DNA from: Octopus vulgaris
Taxonomy: Eukaryota
Direction of reading: 5' to 3'
Assembly: GCA_951406725.2 (NCBI GenBank)
Contig: OX597830.1
Location: forward strand, 11,656,001 to 11,720,000
DNA: 64,000 nucleotides
Under the pieces are notes generated by a model. The model saw only the letters and a list, made by a program, of their open reading frames with translations, was not told the origin of the DNA and searched no databases. Position numbers and translations under genes: made by a program. Positions 48,135 to 62,704 of this stretch are shown here, piece by piece (position 1 is the first letter of the stretch; every line of letters begins with the position of its first letter).

Positions 48135-51100
48135 ATCTTTGAATGAAACTATATTATGCCTTCTGTATCTTTGAATGAAGCTATATTATGCCTTCTGAAT
48201 CTTTGAATGAAACTATATTATGCCTTCTGAATCTTTGAATGAAGCTATATTATGCCTTCTGTATCTTTGAATGAAGCTATATTATGCCTTCTGAATCTTT
48301 GAATGAAGCTATATTATGCCTTCTGAATCTTTGAATGAAGCTATATTATGCCTTCTGTATCTTTGAATGAAGCTATATTATGCCTTCTGAATCTTTGAAT
48401 GAAGCTATATTATGCCTTCTGAATCTTTGAATGAAACTATATTATGCCTTCTGAATCTTTGAATGAAACTATATTATGCCTTCTGTATCTTTGAATGAAG
48501 CTATATTATGCCTTCTGAATCTTTGAATGAAGCTATATTATGCCTTCTGAATCTTTGAATGAAGCTATATTATGCCTTCTGTATCTTTGAATGAAGCTAT
48601 ATTATGCCTTCTGAATCTTTGAATGAAACTATATTATGCCTTCTGAATCTTTGAATGAAGCTATATTATGCCTTCTGAATCTTTGAATGAAACTATATTA
48701 TGCCTTCTGAATCTTTGAATGAAGCTATATTATGCCTTCTGTATCTTTGAATGAAGCTATATTATGCCTTCTGAATCTTTGAATGAAGCTATATTATGCC
48801 TTCTGAATCTTTGAATGAAACTATATTATGCCTTCTGAATCTTTGAATGAAGCTATATTATGCCTTCTGAATCTTTGAATGAAGCTATATTATGCCTTCT
48901 GAATCTTTGAATGAAACTATATTATGCCTTCTGAATCTTTGAATGAAGCTATATTATGCCTTCTGTATCTTTGAATGAAGCTATATTATGCCTTCTGAAT
49001 CTTTGAATGAAGCTATATTATGCCTTCTGAATCTTTGAATGAAACTATATTATGCCTTCTGAATCTTTGAATGAAGCTATATTATGCCTTCTGTATCTTT
49101 GAATGAAGCTATATTATGCCTTCTGAATCTTTGAATGAAGCTATATTATGCCTTCTGAATCTTTGAATGAAACTATATTATGCCTTCTGAATCTTTGAAT
49201 GAAGCTATATTATGCCTTCTGAATCTTTGAATGAAGCTATATTATGCCTTCTGAATCTTTGAATGAAGCTATATTATGCCTTCTGAATCTTTGAATGAAG
49301 CTATATTATGCCTTCTGAATCTTTGAATGAAGCTATATTATGCCTTCTGAATCTTTGAATGAAGCTATATTATGCCTTCTGAATCTTTGAATGAAGCTAT
49401 ATTATGCCTTCTGAATCTTTGAATGAAAAGCTATATTATGCCTTCTGAATCTTTGAATGAAGCTATATTATGCCTTCTGAATCTTTGAATGAAGCTATAT
49501 TATGCCTTCTGAATCTTTGAATGAAGCTATATTATGCCTTCTGAATCTTTGAATGAAGCTATATTATGCCTTCTGAATCTTTGAATGAAGCTATATTATG
49601 CCTTCTGAATCTTTGAATGAAGCTATATTATGCCTTCTGAATCTTTGAATGAAGCTATATTATGCCTTCTGAATCTTTGAATGAAGCTATATTATGCCTT
49701 CTGAATCTTTGAATGAAGCTATATTATGCCTTCTGAATCTTTGAATGAACTATATTATGCCTTCTGAATCTTTGAATGAAGCTATATTATGCCTTCTGAA
49801 TCTTTGAATGAAGCTATATTATGCCTTCTGAATCTTTGAATGAAGCTATATTATGCCTTCTGAATCTTTGAATGAAGCTATATTATGCCTTCTGAATCTT
49901 TGAATGAAGCTATATTATGCCTTCTGAATCTTTGAATGAAGCTATATTATGCCTTCTGAATCTTTGAATGAAGCTATATTATGCCTTCTGAATCTTTGAA
50001 TGAAGCTATATTATGCCTTCTGAATCTTTGAATGAAGCTATATTATGCCTTCTGAATCTTTGAATGAAGCTATATTATGCCTTCTGAATCTTTGAATGAA
50101 GCTATATTATGCCTTCTGAATCTTTGAATGAAGCTATATTATGCCTTCTGAATCTTTGAATGAAGCTATATTATGCCTTCTGAATCTTTGAATGAAGCTA
50201 TATTATGCCTTCTGAATCTTTGAATGAAGCTATATTATGCCTTCTGAATCTTTGAATGCTATATTATGCCTTCTGAATCTTTGAATGAACATATTATGCC
50301 TTCTGAATCTTTGAATGAAGCTATATTATGCCTTCTGAATCTTTGAATGAAGCTATATTATGCCTTCTGAATCTTTGAATGAAGCTATATTATGCCTTCT
50401 GAATCTTTGAATGAAGCTATATTATGCCTTCTGAATCTTTGAATGAAGCTATATTATGCCTTCTGAATCTTTGAATGAAGCTATATTATGCCTTCTGAAT
50501 CTTTGAATGAAGCTATATTATGCCTTCTGAATCTTTGAATGAAGCTATATTATGCCTTCTGAATCTTTGAATGAAGCTATATTATGCCTTCTGAATCTTT
50601 GAATGAAGCTATATTATGCCTTCTGAATCTTTGAATGAAGCTATATTATGCCTTCTGAATCTTTGAATGAAGCTATATTATGCCTTCTGAATCTTTGAAT
50701 GAAGCTATATTATGCCTTCTGAATCTTTGAATGAAGCTATATTATGCCTTCTGAATCTTTGAATGAAGCTATATTATGCCTTCTGAATCTTTGAATGAAG
50801 CTATATTATGCCTTCTGAATCTTTGAATGAATGCCTTCTGAATCTTTGAATGAAGCTATATTATGCCTTCTGAATCTTTGAATGAAGCTATATTATGCCT
50901 TCTGAATCTTTGAATGAAGCTATATTATGCCTTCTGAATCTTTGAATGAAGCTATATTATGCCTTCTGAATCTTTGAATGAAGCTATATTATGCCTTCTG
51001 AATCTTTGAATGAAGCTATATTATGCCTTCTGAATCTTTGAATGAAGCTATATTATGCCTTCTGAATCTTTGAATGAAGCTATATTATGCCTTCTGAATC

Positions 51101-54100
51101 TTTGAATGAAGCTATATTATGCCTTCTGAATCTTTGAATGAAGCTATATTATGCCTTCTGAATCTTTGAATGAAGCTATATTATGCCTTCTGAATCTTTG
51201 AATGAAGCTATATTATGCCTTCTGAATCTTTGAATGAAGCTATATTATGCCTTCTGAATCTTTGAATGAAGCTATATTATGCCTTCTGAATCTTTGAATG
51301 AAGCTATATTATGCCTTCTGAATCTTTGAATGAAGCTATATTATGCCTTCTGAATCTTTGAATGAAGCTATATTATGCCTTCTGAATCTTTGAATGAAGC
51401 TATATTATGCCTTCTGAATCTTTGAATGAAGCTATATTATGCCTTCTGAATCTTTGAATGAAGCTATATTATGCCTTCTGAATCTTTGAATGAAGCTATA
51501 TTATGCCTTCTGAATCTTTGAATGAAGCTATATTATGCCTTCTGAATCTTTGAATGAAGCTATATTATGCCTTCTGAATCTTTGAATGAAGCTATATTAT
51601 GCCTTCTGAATCTTTGAATGAAGCTATATTATGCCTTCTGAATCTTTGAATGAAGCTATATTATGCCTTCTGAATCTTTGAATGAAGCTATATTATGCCT
51701 TCTGAATCTTTGAATGAAGCTATATTATGCCTTCTGAATCTTTGAATGAAGCTATATTATGCCTTCTGAATCTTTGAATGAAGCTATATTATGCCTTCTG
51801 AATCTTTGAATGAAGCTATATTATGCCTTCTGAATCTTTGAATGAAGCTATATTATGCCTTCTGAATCTTTGAATGAAGCTATATTATGCCTTCTTCTGA
51901 ATCTTTGAATGAAGCTATATTATGCCTTCTGAATCTTTGAATGAAGCTATATTATGCCTTCTGAATCTTTGAATGAAGCTGAATTATGCCTTCTGAATCT
52001 TTGAATGAAGCTATATTATGCCTTCTGAATCTTTGAATGAAGCTATATTATGCCTTCTGAATCTTTGAATGAAGCTATATTATGCCTTCTGAATCTTTGA
52101 ATGAAGCTATATTATGCCTTCTGAATCTTTGAATGAAGCTATATTATGCCTTCTGAATCTTTGAATGAAGCTATATTATGCCTTCTGAATCTTTGAATGA
52201 AGCTATATTATGCCTTCTGAATCTTTGAATGAAGCTATATTATGCCTTCTGAATCTTTGAATGAAGCTATATTATGCCTTCTGAATCTTTGAATGAAGCT
52301 ATATTATGCCTTCTGAATCTTTGAATGAAGCTATATTATGCCTTCTGAATCTTTGAATGAAGCTATATTATGCCTTCTGAATCTTTGAATGAAGCTATAT
52401 TATGCCTTCTGAATCTTTGAATGAAGCTATATTATGCCTTCTGAATCTTTGAATGAAGCTATATTATGCCTTCTGAATCTTTGAATGAAGCTATATTATG
52501 CCTTCTGAATCTTTGAATGAAGCTATATTATGCCTTCTGAATCTTTGAATGAAGCTATATTATGCCTTCTGAATCTTTGAATGAAGCTATATTATGCCTT
52601 CTGAATCTTTGAATGAAGCTATATTATGCCTTCTGAATCTTTGAATGAAGCTATATTATGCCTTCTGAATCTTTGAATGAATGAAGCTATATTATGCCTT
52701 CTGAATCTTTGAATGAAGCTATATTATGCCTTCTGAATCTTTGAATGAAGCTATATTATGCCTTCTGAATCTTTGAATGAAGCTATATTATGCCTTCTGA
52801 ATCTTTGAATGAAGCTATATTATGCCTTCTGAATCTTTGAATGAAGCTATATTATGCCTTCTGAATCTTTGAATGAAGCTATATTATGCCTTCTGAATCT
52901 TTGAATGAAGCTATATTATGCCTTCTGAATCTTTGAATGAACTATTATGCCTTTGAATCTTTGAATGAAGCTATATTATGCCTTCTGAATCTTTGAATGA
53001 AGCTATATTATGCCTTCTGAATCTTTGAATGAAGCTATATTATGCCTTCTGAATCTTTGAATGAAGCTATATTATGCCTTCTGAATCTTTGAATGAAGCT
53101 ATATTATGCCTTCTGAATCTTTGAATGAAGCTATATTATGCCTTCTGAATCTTTGAATGAAGCTATATTATGCCTTCTGAATCTTTGAATGAAGCTATAT
53201 TATGCCTTCTGAATCTTTGAATGAAGCTATATTATGCCTTCTGAATCTTTGAATGAAGCTATATTATGCCTTCTGAATCTTTGAATGAAGCTATATTATG
53301 CCTTCTGAATCTTTGAATGAAGCTATATTATGCCTTCTGAATCTTTGAATGAAGCTATATTATGCCTTCTGAATCTTTGAATGAAGCTATATTATGCCTT
53401 CTGAATCTTTGAATGAAGCTATATTATGCCTTCTGAATCTTTGAATGAAGCTATATTATGCCTTCTGAATCTTTGAATGAAGCTATATTATGCCTTCTGA
53501 ATCTTTGAATGAAGCTATATTATGCCTTCTGAATCTTTGAATGAAGCTATATTATGCCTTCTGAATCTTTGAATGAAGCTATATTATGCCTTCTGAATCT
53601 TTGAATGAAGCTATATTATGCCTTCTGAATCTTTGAATGAAGCTATATTATGCCTTCTGAATCTTTGAATGAAGCTATATTATGCCTTCTGAATCTTTGA
53701 ATGAAGCTATATTATGCCTTCTGAATCTTTGAATGAAGCTATATTATGCCTTCTGAATCTTTGAATGAAGCTATATTATGCCTTCTGAATCTTTGAATGA
53801 AGCTATATTATGCCTTCTGAATCTTTGAATGAAGCTATATTATGCCTTCTGAATCTTTGAATGAAGCTATATTATGCCTTCTGAATCTTTGAATGAAGCT
53901 ATATTATGCCTTCTGAATCTTTGAATGAAGCTATATTATGCCTTCTGAATCTTTGAATGAAGCTATATTATGCCTTCTGAATCTTTGAATGAAGCTATAT
54001 TATGCCTTCTGAATCTTTGAATGAAGCTATATTATGCCTTCTGAATCTTTGAATGAAGCTATATTATGCCTTCTGAATCTTTGAATGAAGCTATATTATG

Positions 54101-56086
54101 CCTTCTGAATCTTTGAATGAAGCTATATTATGCCTTCTGAATCTTTGAATGAAGCTATATTATGCCTTCTGAATCTTTGAATGAAGCTATATTATGCCTT
54201 CTGAATCTTTGAATGAAGCTATATTATGCCTTCTGAATCTTTGAATGAAGCTATATTATGCCTTCTGAATCTTTGAATGAAGCTATATTATGCCTTCTGA
54301 ATCTTTGAATGAAGCTATATTATGCCTTCTGAATCTTTGAATGAAGCTATTATGCCTTCTATATTATGCCTTCTGAATCTTTGAATGAAGCTATATTATG
54401 CCTTCTGAATCTTTGAATGAAGCTATATTATGCCTTCTGAATCTTTGAATGAAGCTATATTATGCCTTCTGAATCTTTGAATGAAGCTATATTATGCCTT
54501 CTGAATCTTTGAATGAAGCTATATTATGCCTTCTGAATCTTTGAATGAAGCTATATTATGCCTTCTGAATCTTTGAATGAAGCTATATTATGCCTTCTGA
54601 ATCTTTGAATGAAGCTATATTATGCCTTCTGAATCTTTGAATGAAGCTATATTATGCCTTCTGAATCTTTGAATGAAGCTATATTATGCCTTCTGAATCT
54701 TTGAATGAAGCTATATTATGCCTTCTGAATCTTTGAATGAAGCTATATTATGCCTTCTGAATCTTTGAATGAAGCTATATTATGCCTTCTGAATCTTTGA
54801 ATGAAGCTATATTATGCCTTCTGAATCTTTGAATGAAGCTATATTATGCCTTCTGAATCTTTGAATGAAACTATATTATGCCTTCTGTATCTTTGAATGA
54901 AGCTATATTATGCCTTCTGAATCTTTGAATGAAGCTATATTATGCCTTCTGAATCTTTGAATGAAGCTATATTATGCCTTCTGAATCTTTGAATGAAGCT
55001 ATATTATGCCTTCTGAATCTTTGAATGAAGCTATATTATGCCTTCTGAATCTTTGAATGAAGCTATATTATGCCTTCTGAATCTTTGAATGAATGCCTTC
55101 TGAATCTATATTATGCCTTCTGAATCTTTGAATGAAGCTATATTATGCCTTCTGAATCTTTGAATGAAGCTATATTATGCCTTCTGAATCTTTGAATGAA
55201 GCTATATTATGCCTTCTGAATCTTTGAATGAAGCTATATTATGCCTTCTGAATCTTTGAATGAAGCTATATTATGCCTTCTGAATCTTTGAATGAAACTA
55301 TATTATGCCTTCTGAATCTTTGAATGAAGCTATATTATGCCTTCTGAATCTTTGAATGAAGCTATATTATGCCTTCTGAATCTTTGAATGAAGCTATATT
55401 ATGCCTTCTGAATCTTTGAATGAAGCTATATTATGCCTTCTGAATCTTTGAATGAAACTATATTATGCCTTCTGTATCTTTGAATGAAGCTATATTATGC
55501 CTTCTGAATCTTTGAATGAAGCTATATTATGCCTTCTGAATCTTTGAATGAAGCTATATTATGCCTTCTGAATCTTTGAATGAAACTATATTATGCCTTC
55601 TGAATCTTTGAATGAAGCTATATTATGCCTTCTGAATCTTTGAATGAAGCTATATTATGCCTTCTGAATCTTTGAATGAAGCTATATTATGCCTTCTGAA
55701 TCTTTGAATGAAGCTATATTATGCCTTCTGAATCTTTGAATGAAGCTATATTATGCCTTCTGAATCTTTGAATGAAGATATATTATGCCTTCTGAATCTT
55801 TGAATGAAGCTATATTATGCCTTCTGAATCTTTGAATGAAGCTATATTATGCCTTCTGAATCTTTGAATGAAGCTATATTATGCCTTCTGAATCTTTGAA
55901 TGAAACTATATTATGCCTTCTGAATCTTTGAATGAAGCTATATTATGCCTTCTGAATCTTTGAATGAAGCTATATTATGCCTTCTGAATCTTTGAATGAA
56001 GCTATATTATGCCTTCTGAATCTTTGAATGAAGCTATATTATGCCTTCTGAATCTTTGAATGAAGCTATATTATGCCTTCTGAATC
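48135..56086. repeat. 32-bp satellite array, ~248 copies (ATCTTTGAATGAAGCTATATTATGCCTTCTGA)
   Basis: Direct head-to-tail repeats with no spacers; ~7950 bp. Confidence 0.98.
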
Positions 56087-56210
56087 AGGGTGCTTTCTCA
56101 AGGCATTTGTTTCCAAAAGAAAGTTTTTTTATGGGATCTGAATTTGCATAGTTGTTGAGGGGTGTTACTTGGATTAAATCTTTATTGTGGTTGAAGATTA
56201 GTCAGCGTAT

Positions 56211-56437
56211 ACTCTTTTACTTGTTTCAGTTATTTGACTGTGGCCATGCTGGAGCACCGCCTTTAGTCGAGCAAATCGACCCCAGGACTTATTCTTTGTA
56301 AGCCTAGTACCTATTCTATCGGTCTCTTTTGTCGAACTGCTAAGTTACGGGGACGTAAACACACCAGCATCGGTTGTCAAGCGATGTTGGGGGAGACAAA
56401 CACAGACACACAAACACACAAACACACACATACATGC

Positions 56438-56514
<77 letters not shown>

Positions 56515-56580
56515 TACGACAGGCTTCTTTCAGTTTCCGTCTGTCCAAATCCACTCACAAGGCATTGACGATGATGATGA

Positions 56581-56637
<57 letters not shown>

Positions 56638-56783
56638 GACAGGCTTCTTTCAGTTTCTGTCTACCAAATCCACTGCCCGGGGCTATAGCAGAAGACACTT
56701 GCTCAAGGTGCCATGCAGTGGGACTGAACCCGGAACCATGTGGTTGGTAAGCAAGCTACTTACCGCACAGCCACTCCTACGCC
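56211..56783 (-). mobile_element. SINE family A with internal duplication
   Basis: The segment tatacgacaggcttctttcagtttc...aaatccact occurs twice, separated by (GAT)n/(TA)n. Confidence 0.85.
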
Positions 56784-57330
56784 TATGTTTGGAAGGCAAC
56801 GAATGCTAAATTTGAGTATTTTATAACATTTATGAGTATGTGGAAAATGAGTGTTGATTAGAGTTAGGAAGCTTTGAGCAATATTATAGTGATGATGCAA
56901 ATGCCCAGTACATCACTTCTATTGATTGTTGCTTTATCTGAGGGGAGGTGGGAGATGTAATTTGAATCTCTATTAATGTAGGTAGCTTTTCTGTTTGGTT
57001 TACGAAAAGGTGGGTATTTACCTGCACTAACGTTCATATTAATATCTAAATAAGTGACTGTTTTGAGGTAGGGGCTAACTGTAATCTTTAGGTTAAATTT
57101 CGTGAATATCCTATTTAATTTTTGTCTTTTGACATTGATATTGTGTCCACTTTTAAGTACTGCCCCTAATCCGTAATCCTTGTACAATCCTGTGTTGACC
57201 TCATTTATATCATTGCTAAGCTTATATAAGATAAACAAGCCTACTAAATCAATGACTTCAACTCCATTGTAGCTTCCTATCATGACACTGAAGAGTTAAT
57301 CACTGTTCTTTCTTACCCAATAGAGTAATG

Positions 57331-57740
57331 GGATCTTTTCAGTTTGAACGGCAGTTTTTTTCTAGCGGTGTCATATGAAATTGTCACCCATAATTATGAC
57401 CCTAGTATTGATCTATTGCATTTCAATCTGTTTTAGGGTTAGGTGTGGGGGAAGGGTATCTTTTTTTCTTCACAAATGTAAATAAACCCAATCTGTTTCC
57501 TAAACGAGGGACATATTCATACGGCACAGAATGTTTTTTACCTCAATGGACGTCAGTGATTGGTTGAAATTGCAGAAATTGAAGAAAAAAACAACAAATA
57601 TCTTACAAACTTTAGAATTTTCTCAATAAAGCCAAGAGAAAAAGATGTTTTATAAACACATTCTACCAGTATACGAAGTTTAAAATTTTTTAGTTACCTA
57701 GAAATTATGTTAAAAACTACCGTTCAAACCAAAAAGATCC
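57331..57740. mobile_element. MITE family M1
   Basis: TSD gagtaatg; splits the Penelope RT. Confidence 0.9.
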
Positions 57741-58234
57741 GAGTAATGATTTTTTAATGTTCATAATAACATAAATTTTGCAATCAATTATTGTAGCATA
57801 TAGCTTATCAAACCCAAGAGCCTAGAGCAGGGGGCTTTTTGAGATTCATGGGCAAAATTTAACAGTGTTGAACTGTGTGAATCCACATTTCGGTTTGTCA
57901 TATCTATGCTTAAAGTATTCAATGGTTATATATCCGTTTACAGGGAGTAAAAATCAATGGCCAGCATATTAAAAAATACCTCTAAAAGTTAAATTTATAA
58001 ATAACTTATAAAATAAGTGCAAAAGAAAAATTCTAATGCCAAATATGCCGAAAATAGACAAATTGTCAATAACCATTATAATTTATGCGTCTCGAAACAA
58101 GCCGATAGAAATTTCTAAAAAATTCCATTATTACCGTATTGGTCCCAATTTCAGAGTTAATTCATAAGAATTTTCTCCTCCTCAGCGATATTGCTGATAT
58201 CCTATTTTATAAGTTATATATATATATATATATA

Positions 58235-58446
58235 TGCTTGTATTTCTATGTTTGTCCCCCCACCCATCATTGCTTGGTAACCGATGTTGGTGTGTTTATG
58301 TATCCGTAATTTAGCGGTTCGGCAAAAGAGAGCGATAGAATAAGTACTAGGGTTACAAAGAATAAGTCCTGGGGTTGATTTGTTCGACTAAAGACAGTGC
58401 TCCAGCATGGCTGCAGTCAAATGACTGAAACAAGTAAAAAAAAAAA
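58235..58446 (+). mobile_element. SINE family A 3' half
   Basis: Tail region only. Confidence 0.8.
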
Positions 58447-58932
58447 TACTTAGTTTTCTAAATATCTGAAATGCTAATTTATTTTAGGTTAAAATATTAG
58501 TTTCTAATAAAAGCATAAAACAAAATTCCAAATATTCTATTTCTAAAATGAACATTTTTAATCATAAATAAAACTTTCACTGGATTTTCACTGGAATAGT
58601 AATTTCCGTTGTTCTGGATAATGTAGGATGGAAAGCCTACATAAACATATCTCTTTTTATTACTGATGAAGTTTCCATAGCAAAATCCAGCAAATATACT
58701 TGTTTAAGAACACTTCATACTGAAAAGAGTCGGAACATATTCTCAGATGATGTAATGAAACTATTCAGACTAAGGCTTCACACATTATGCTCAGTTACTC
58801 ATCTGAGAATGCACAGCTGAAAATTCTAAAGACTACAAAAATATATAACTGAAGTTTCATAGTGGTATCCAGCTTGAGAGACACATGTTAATGTTCATAG
58901 ATAATTATATTAAGCATCACTGTCCAAGATTA

Positions 58933-59267
<335 letters not shown>

Positions 59268-59310
59268 ATACATATACACACACACATCTATGTGTGTGTG
59301 TGTGAATGTG

Positions 59311-59350
<40 letters not shown>

Positions 59351-59377
59351 TATACATACCCACGCACATATTTATTA

Positions 59378-59423
<46 letters not shown>

Positions 59424-60520
59424 ATGTGTGTGCGTGCTTCAGTTGTGCTGAAGAGGGTCTCTTCTTCTATAGCTAGTTGTTGCATACCTTCATAGAAATA
59501 ATAGCACTTTTCAAGATGGTTTACTTGAGAACCTGAATATCTGTTTTGCGGTGCTGCAGCCTTTCTCCTCCTTGCCATTGTTGTCATTGATGTCATCTTC
59601 ATCATCACCAGGGGGCAGCAGCAATACTAGGAGTAACTGCAGTAGCATTGATAAAATATGAGACAAAACATATCCTTTGTGTTTCAATTTTTTTCTGCTT
59701 CCCACATAATTTAGTAATCCAATTAAACATTGTATGTTTCTACTATTTATACTCTCCGATTTAAGTATTTGTATTATTTAAGTTGTTTGAAACTCCTCCT
59801 TGGCAATGTCTTCATCATAATCCAGTTGAGAAAGAAATCAGTTTTTACTCAGTAGCTAAATGTGATCCTAGCAGGTTAATTAACATTGCCAGGAATGTGG
59901 TACACATGAATCTAAAGAATGAATACTTTGAAAATGTGTTACTATTATTTGGTATTTCTTATTATTTGGTATTGTTAATGTTCCAGCTGTCTTCAGAATG
60001 TTGATTCTACCCAGGTCACACGCATTTGTTTCTATTGTAAATCTAACTCACCAAAGTTGATTGTTTTGCAATTAGCTGCTTATGTTTTAAAAAAAAAGGT
60101 CTTTAGCTCTCATCGGCCAATTTCTCAGATATATAATATGTATCAAATATTTCTCCCTAGCAGCTGAGAAAAACAGCAAACATGAAAAAATCATTTTTAC
60201 CTAGCCATTTTGCACTTTAGACACTAAATTCCTTAAGTTCCTATAAGCCTTAGTTGTAGCAGTGTTCAAATCTTAAGTAAGAATCTCTATTAATTTCACA
60301 TTTATTGTATTTGAAATTTTAAATCAGAATTTTTGTTCAATTTATTTTCATTGTTTTTATAAACAATAAAGAATCAAAATTAGTTGCAATGCAATAACTG
60401 TATTGTCTCAAACGACTTGCAAACATTCAGTATTTACACACAAATGCAATTGGTAAAGTAATAAAACAGTAACTGCAAATCTATAATGATGCAGACAAAT
60501 CAATACTCTTATCAATAGTA

Positions 60521-60905
60521 TTAGGTTGGCAACTAAGTTCCAACAGTTTTTTAAAATTTTGGAATTTATTGCATTTTTAAATTTTGGAATCTATTTTTTA
60601 TGAGAATTCTATTTTTGAAACAGTTTGGAATTTATTTTGTTTTTGTTTTTTCTAGTTAATTTTAGTTAATTTTTCCTTTTTTTCAGATCATTAAAATGGA
60701 ATGTCAAGTTAAGAAAAATGAGTATTTTCGACACCTCCTTCTTTTTGCTTTTAATCAAGGTTCTAAGGCCGAAAAAGCTGCTGGAGACATTTGTGCTATG
60801 TATGGAGAGGGTGCCATAGCTGAAAGAACCGCTTGTGATTGGTATGCCAAATTTAAAAATGGAAATTTTGACCTGTCCATCTAAGTTTGATGAAGAGTTA
60901 TTAAA
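60521..60905 (+). mobile_element. Mariner transposon 5' fragment
   Basis: TA + TTAGGTTGGC terminus; ORF MECQVKKNEYFRHLLLFAFNQG...WYAKFKNGNFDL (mariner HTH). Confidence 0.85.
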
Positions 60906-61914
60906 CTCACTTTTTCCAAGCAAGGGAGAAGAAAGAAGAAAAAAATTTTTGAGAAGGAGGGGGAAGTAAAGAGACGTGACTTTTGTATGGTCAGACTTGT
61001 TTGTTTAGTACTTAGTGGCTTTTAAGGTGGAGGAGGAAAAAGAAGAGAAGGAAAAAGAATTTTTTTTTATTTGAATTGGTCAAGGTTTTAATTGACTTTC
61101 TTCAGTAAAGATTATAATTGCATTTCCTGGTCTTGGTCTTTTGTGTTCATTAAAGAATGGTAGTTTGGATGTGGTCAACATTTTTTGATTGAAATTGTAG
61201 ATGTTTTCGAAAGAGTCATTTTTGAGTTGACTATACGCCCAAACAGCAATTATATATATATGCGCGCAAAAACGCCCCACCGTCCAATGGACGGTGCTGA
61301 GTTGTCAAACATTTAAACCAAATTTTCTTAAAACAACTTGTCCGACTGTCCCATAGGTCTCCCCTTTGAGAAACACCGATGTAACCTAAATTTGAGACAC
61401 CAGCAAAAAAAGAAATAAAGATAGACTTTTTTTATTCCAAAGAAAAACGGTTTTATTCACACAAATATGGAAACGAAGTGTTTAAAGTACCAGTAATGAT
61501 AAGGCTGTTGACTGGGAGAACACAAACATGGTTTAAACAGTAAGCTTGGCAGGAAAGAAACGTGCCTTTAAGCAGTACAAAAAACAAAAAATAGAAAGTG
61601 CAGTTATGTACAGGTTGACGGAAGAAAAGCAGGACAAAAACGATGCATGCAAATTGGTTAGCTGGAGGTAAATCTAGATGGGAAAGCATGATGAATTTAT
61701 GAGAACGTACCTGGGACAATAATAAGTTTATCCGATAAAGCATGTAGGAAATCAACTTGGGGCAATTTTTGATGAAAAACAGCAACCTAGGGAGTTAAGT
61801 AACTAATTTTAAGCTTACTTATTTAACAGGATGTTCAAGGGCATGGAAAAGCTAGTGGAGCGCAGCCTTGTAATCCACATTCCTTGCTACTCCGCCAGGA
61901 GCGTAGTAGAAAAG

Positions 61915-62220
61915 GTTTGTCGAACAGCCAACCCTCGAACAGCCCACATACAATTGTCCGTGCGAAAATCAGGGAGTGCTGAGGTCCAGCCCCACGACTT
62001 TCAATGACTGCCCCTGTGCTTTGTTGATGGTCATCGCGAAGCTCAGGCGAATAGGGAATTGGACGCGTTTCATCGGGTAAACACAGTCCGACAGATTCAA
62101 TGGCATGAGGAAAATAAAAATAACATCCCCTACTCCTTGACCCATGATAATTTTTGCCTCGAGAACGTCATCCGCAAGTACATCCAGCTGATGTACTTGC
62201 GCGTACAAATGCACGTTCCC
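61915..62220 (-). mobile_element. Helitron Pif1-helicase remnant
   Basis: QFPIRLSFAMTINKAQGQSLKVVGLDL..*FSHGQLYVGCSRV. Confidence 0.85.
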
Positions 62221-62449
62221 ACGGCTTTATCGATCGCATTCTCATCTGGAATTGATTTTTGAATTTTTTTCAAGACTTATACACGCCCTGATACCGCCGG
62301 TATCTACATATCAAATTTGAGCGCAATAAATAATAAATAAATAATAAAATACTTTACATGCCGGTATTAATACGTATAGTATAAATTATATAATTCAGTT
62401 GCATAATTTATAAATTAAAACCGATAAAAAGGCTTGCTTTTTACTTAGG

Positions 62450-62700
62450 AGTGGGAGGGGTGTGCAGATCAAATATTTGTAGCAAGGCAGATGTGTGAGA
62501 AATTTTTAGCAAAAGAGAAGGATGTGAATTGAGCCTTTATGGATCTAGAAAGCATGTAAATGGTAGATTGTTGAGGGCAGTACAAAATTTTTATAGAGAA
62601 AACAGGGCGTGCGTTAGGGTGGGTGGTGAAGTGGTTTGATGTGAATGTGGGGTTAATACAAAGTTGTGTGATGTCTCTGTGGCTGTTTAATTTATACATT
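62450..62700 (+). mobile_element. RTE LINE RT fragment
   Basis: GRGCADQIFVARQMCEKF...AFMDLE; GLIQSCVMSLWLFNLY. Confidence 0.7.
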
Positions 62701-62704
62701 CTGT

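Larger units (their letters stand above)
48006..57930 (-). mobile_element. Degenerate Penelope-like element (RT, linker, endonuclease C-terminus) hosting the satellite, a SINE and a MITE
   Basis: RT: GSYNGVEVIDLVG, GLYKDYGL, VTYLDI, PFRKPN (56950-57930). Linker: IFNHNKDL...GNKCLEKA (56090-56205). EN C-terminus: RRHNIVSFKD...SLAKFVQVLKD...INWS...RCNL (48006-48165). Confidence 0.72.

Noticed and set aside
48135-56086. CRISPR array (32-bp repeats)
   Set aside because: Units are head-to-tail with no unique spacers, there are no cas genes, and the context is a eukaryotic intron-containing genome.
58662-58700. Other CTGATGA occurrences as hammerheads (also 17850, 34261, 40871)
   Set aside because: No stem II followed by GAAA and no stem III/UH.
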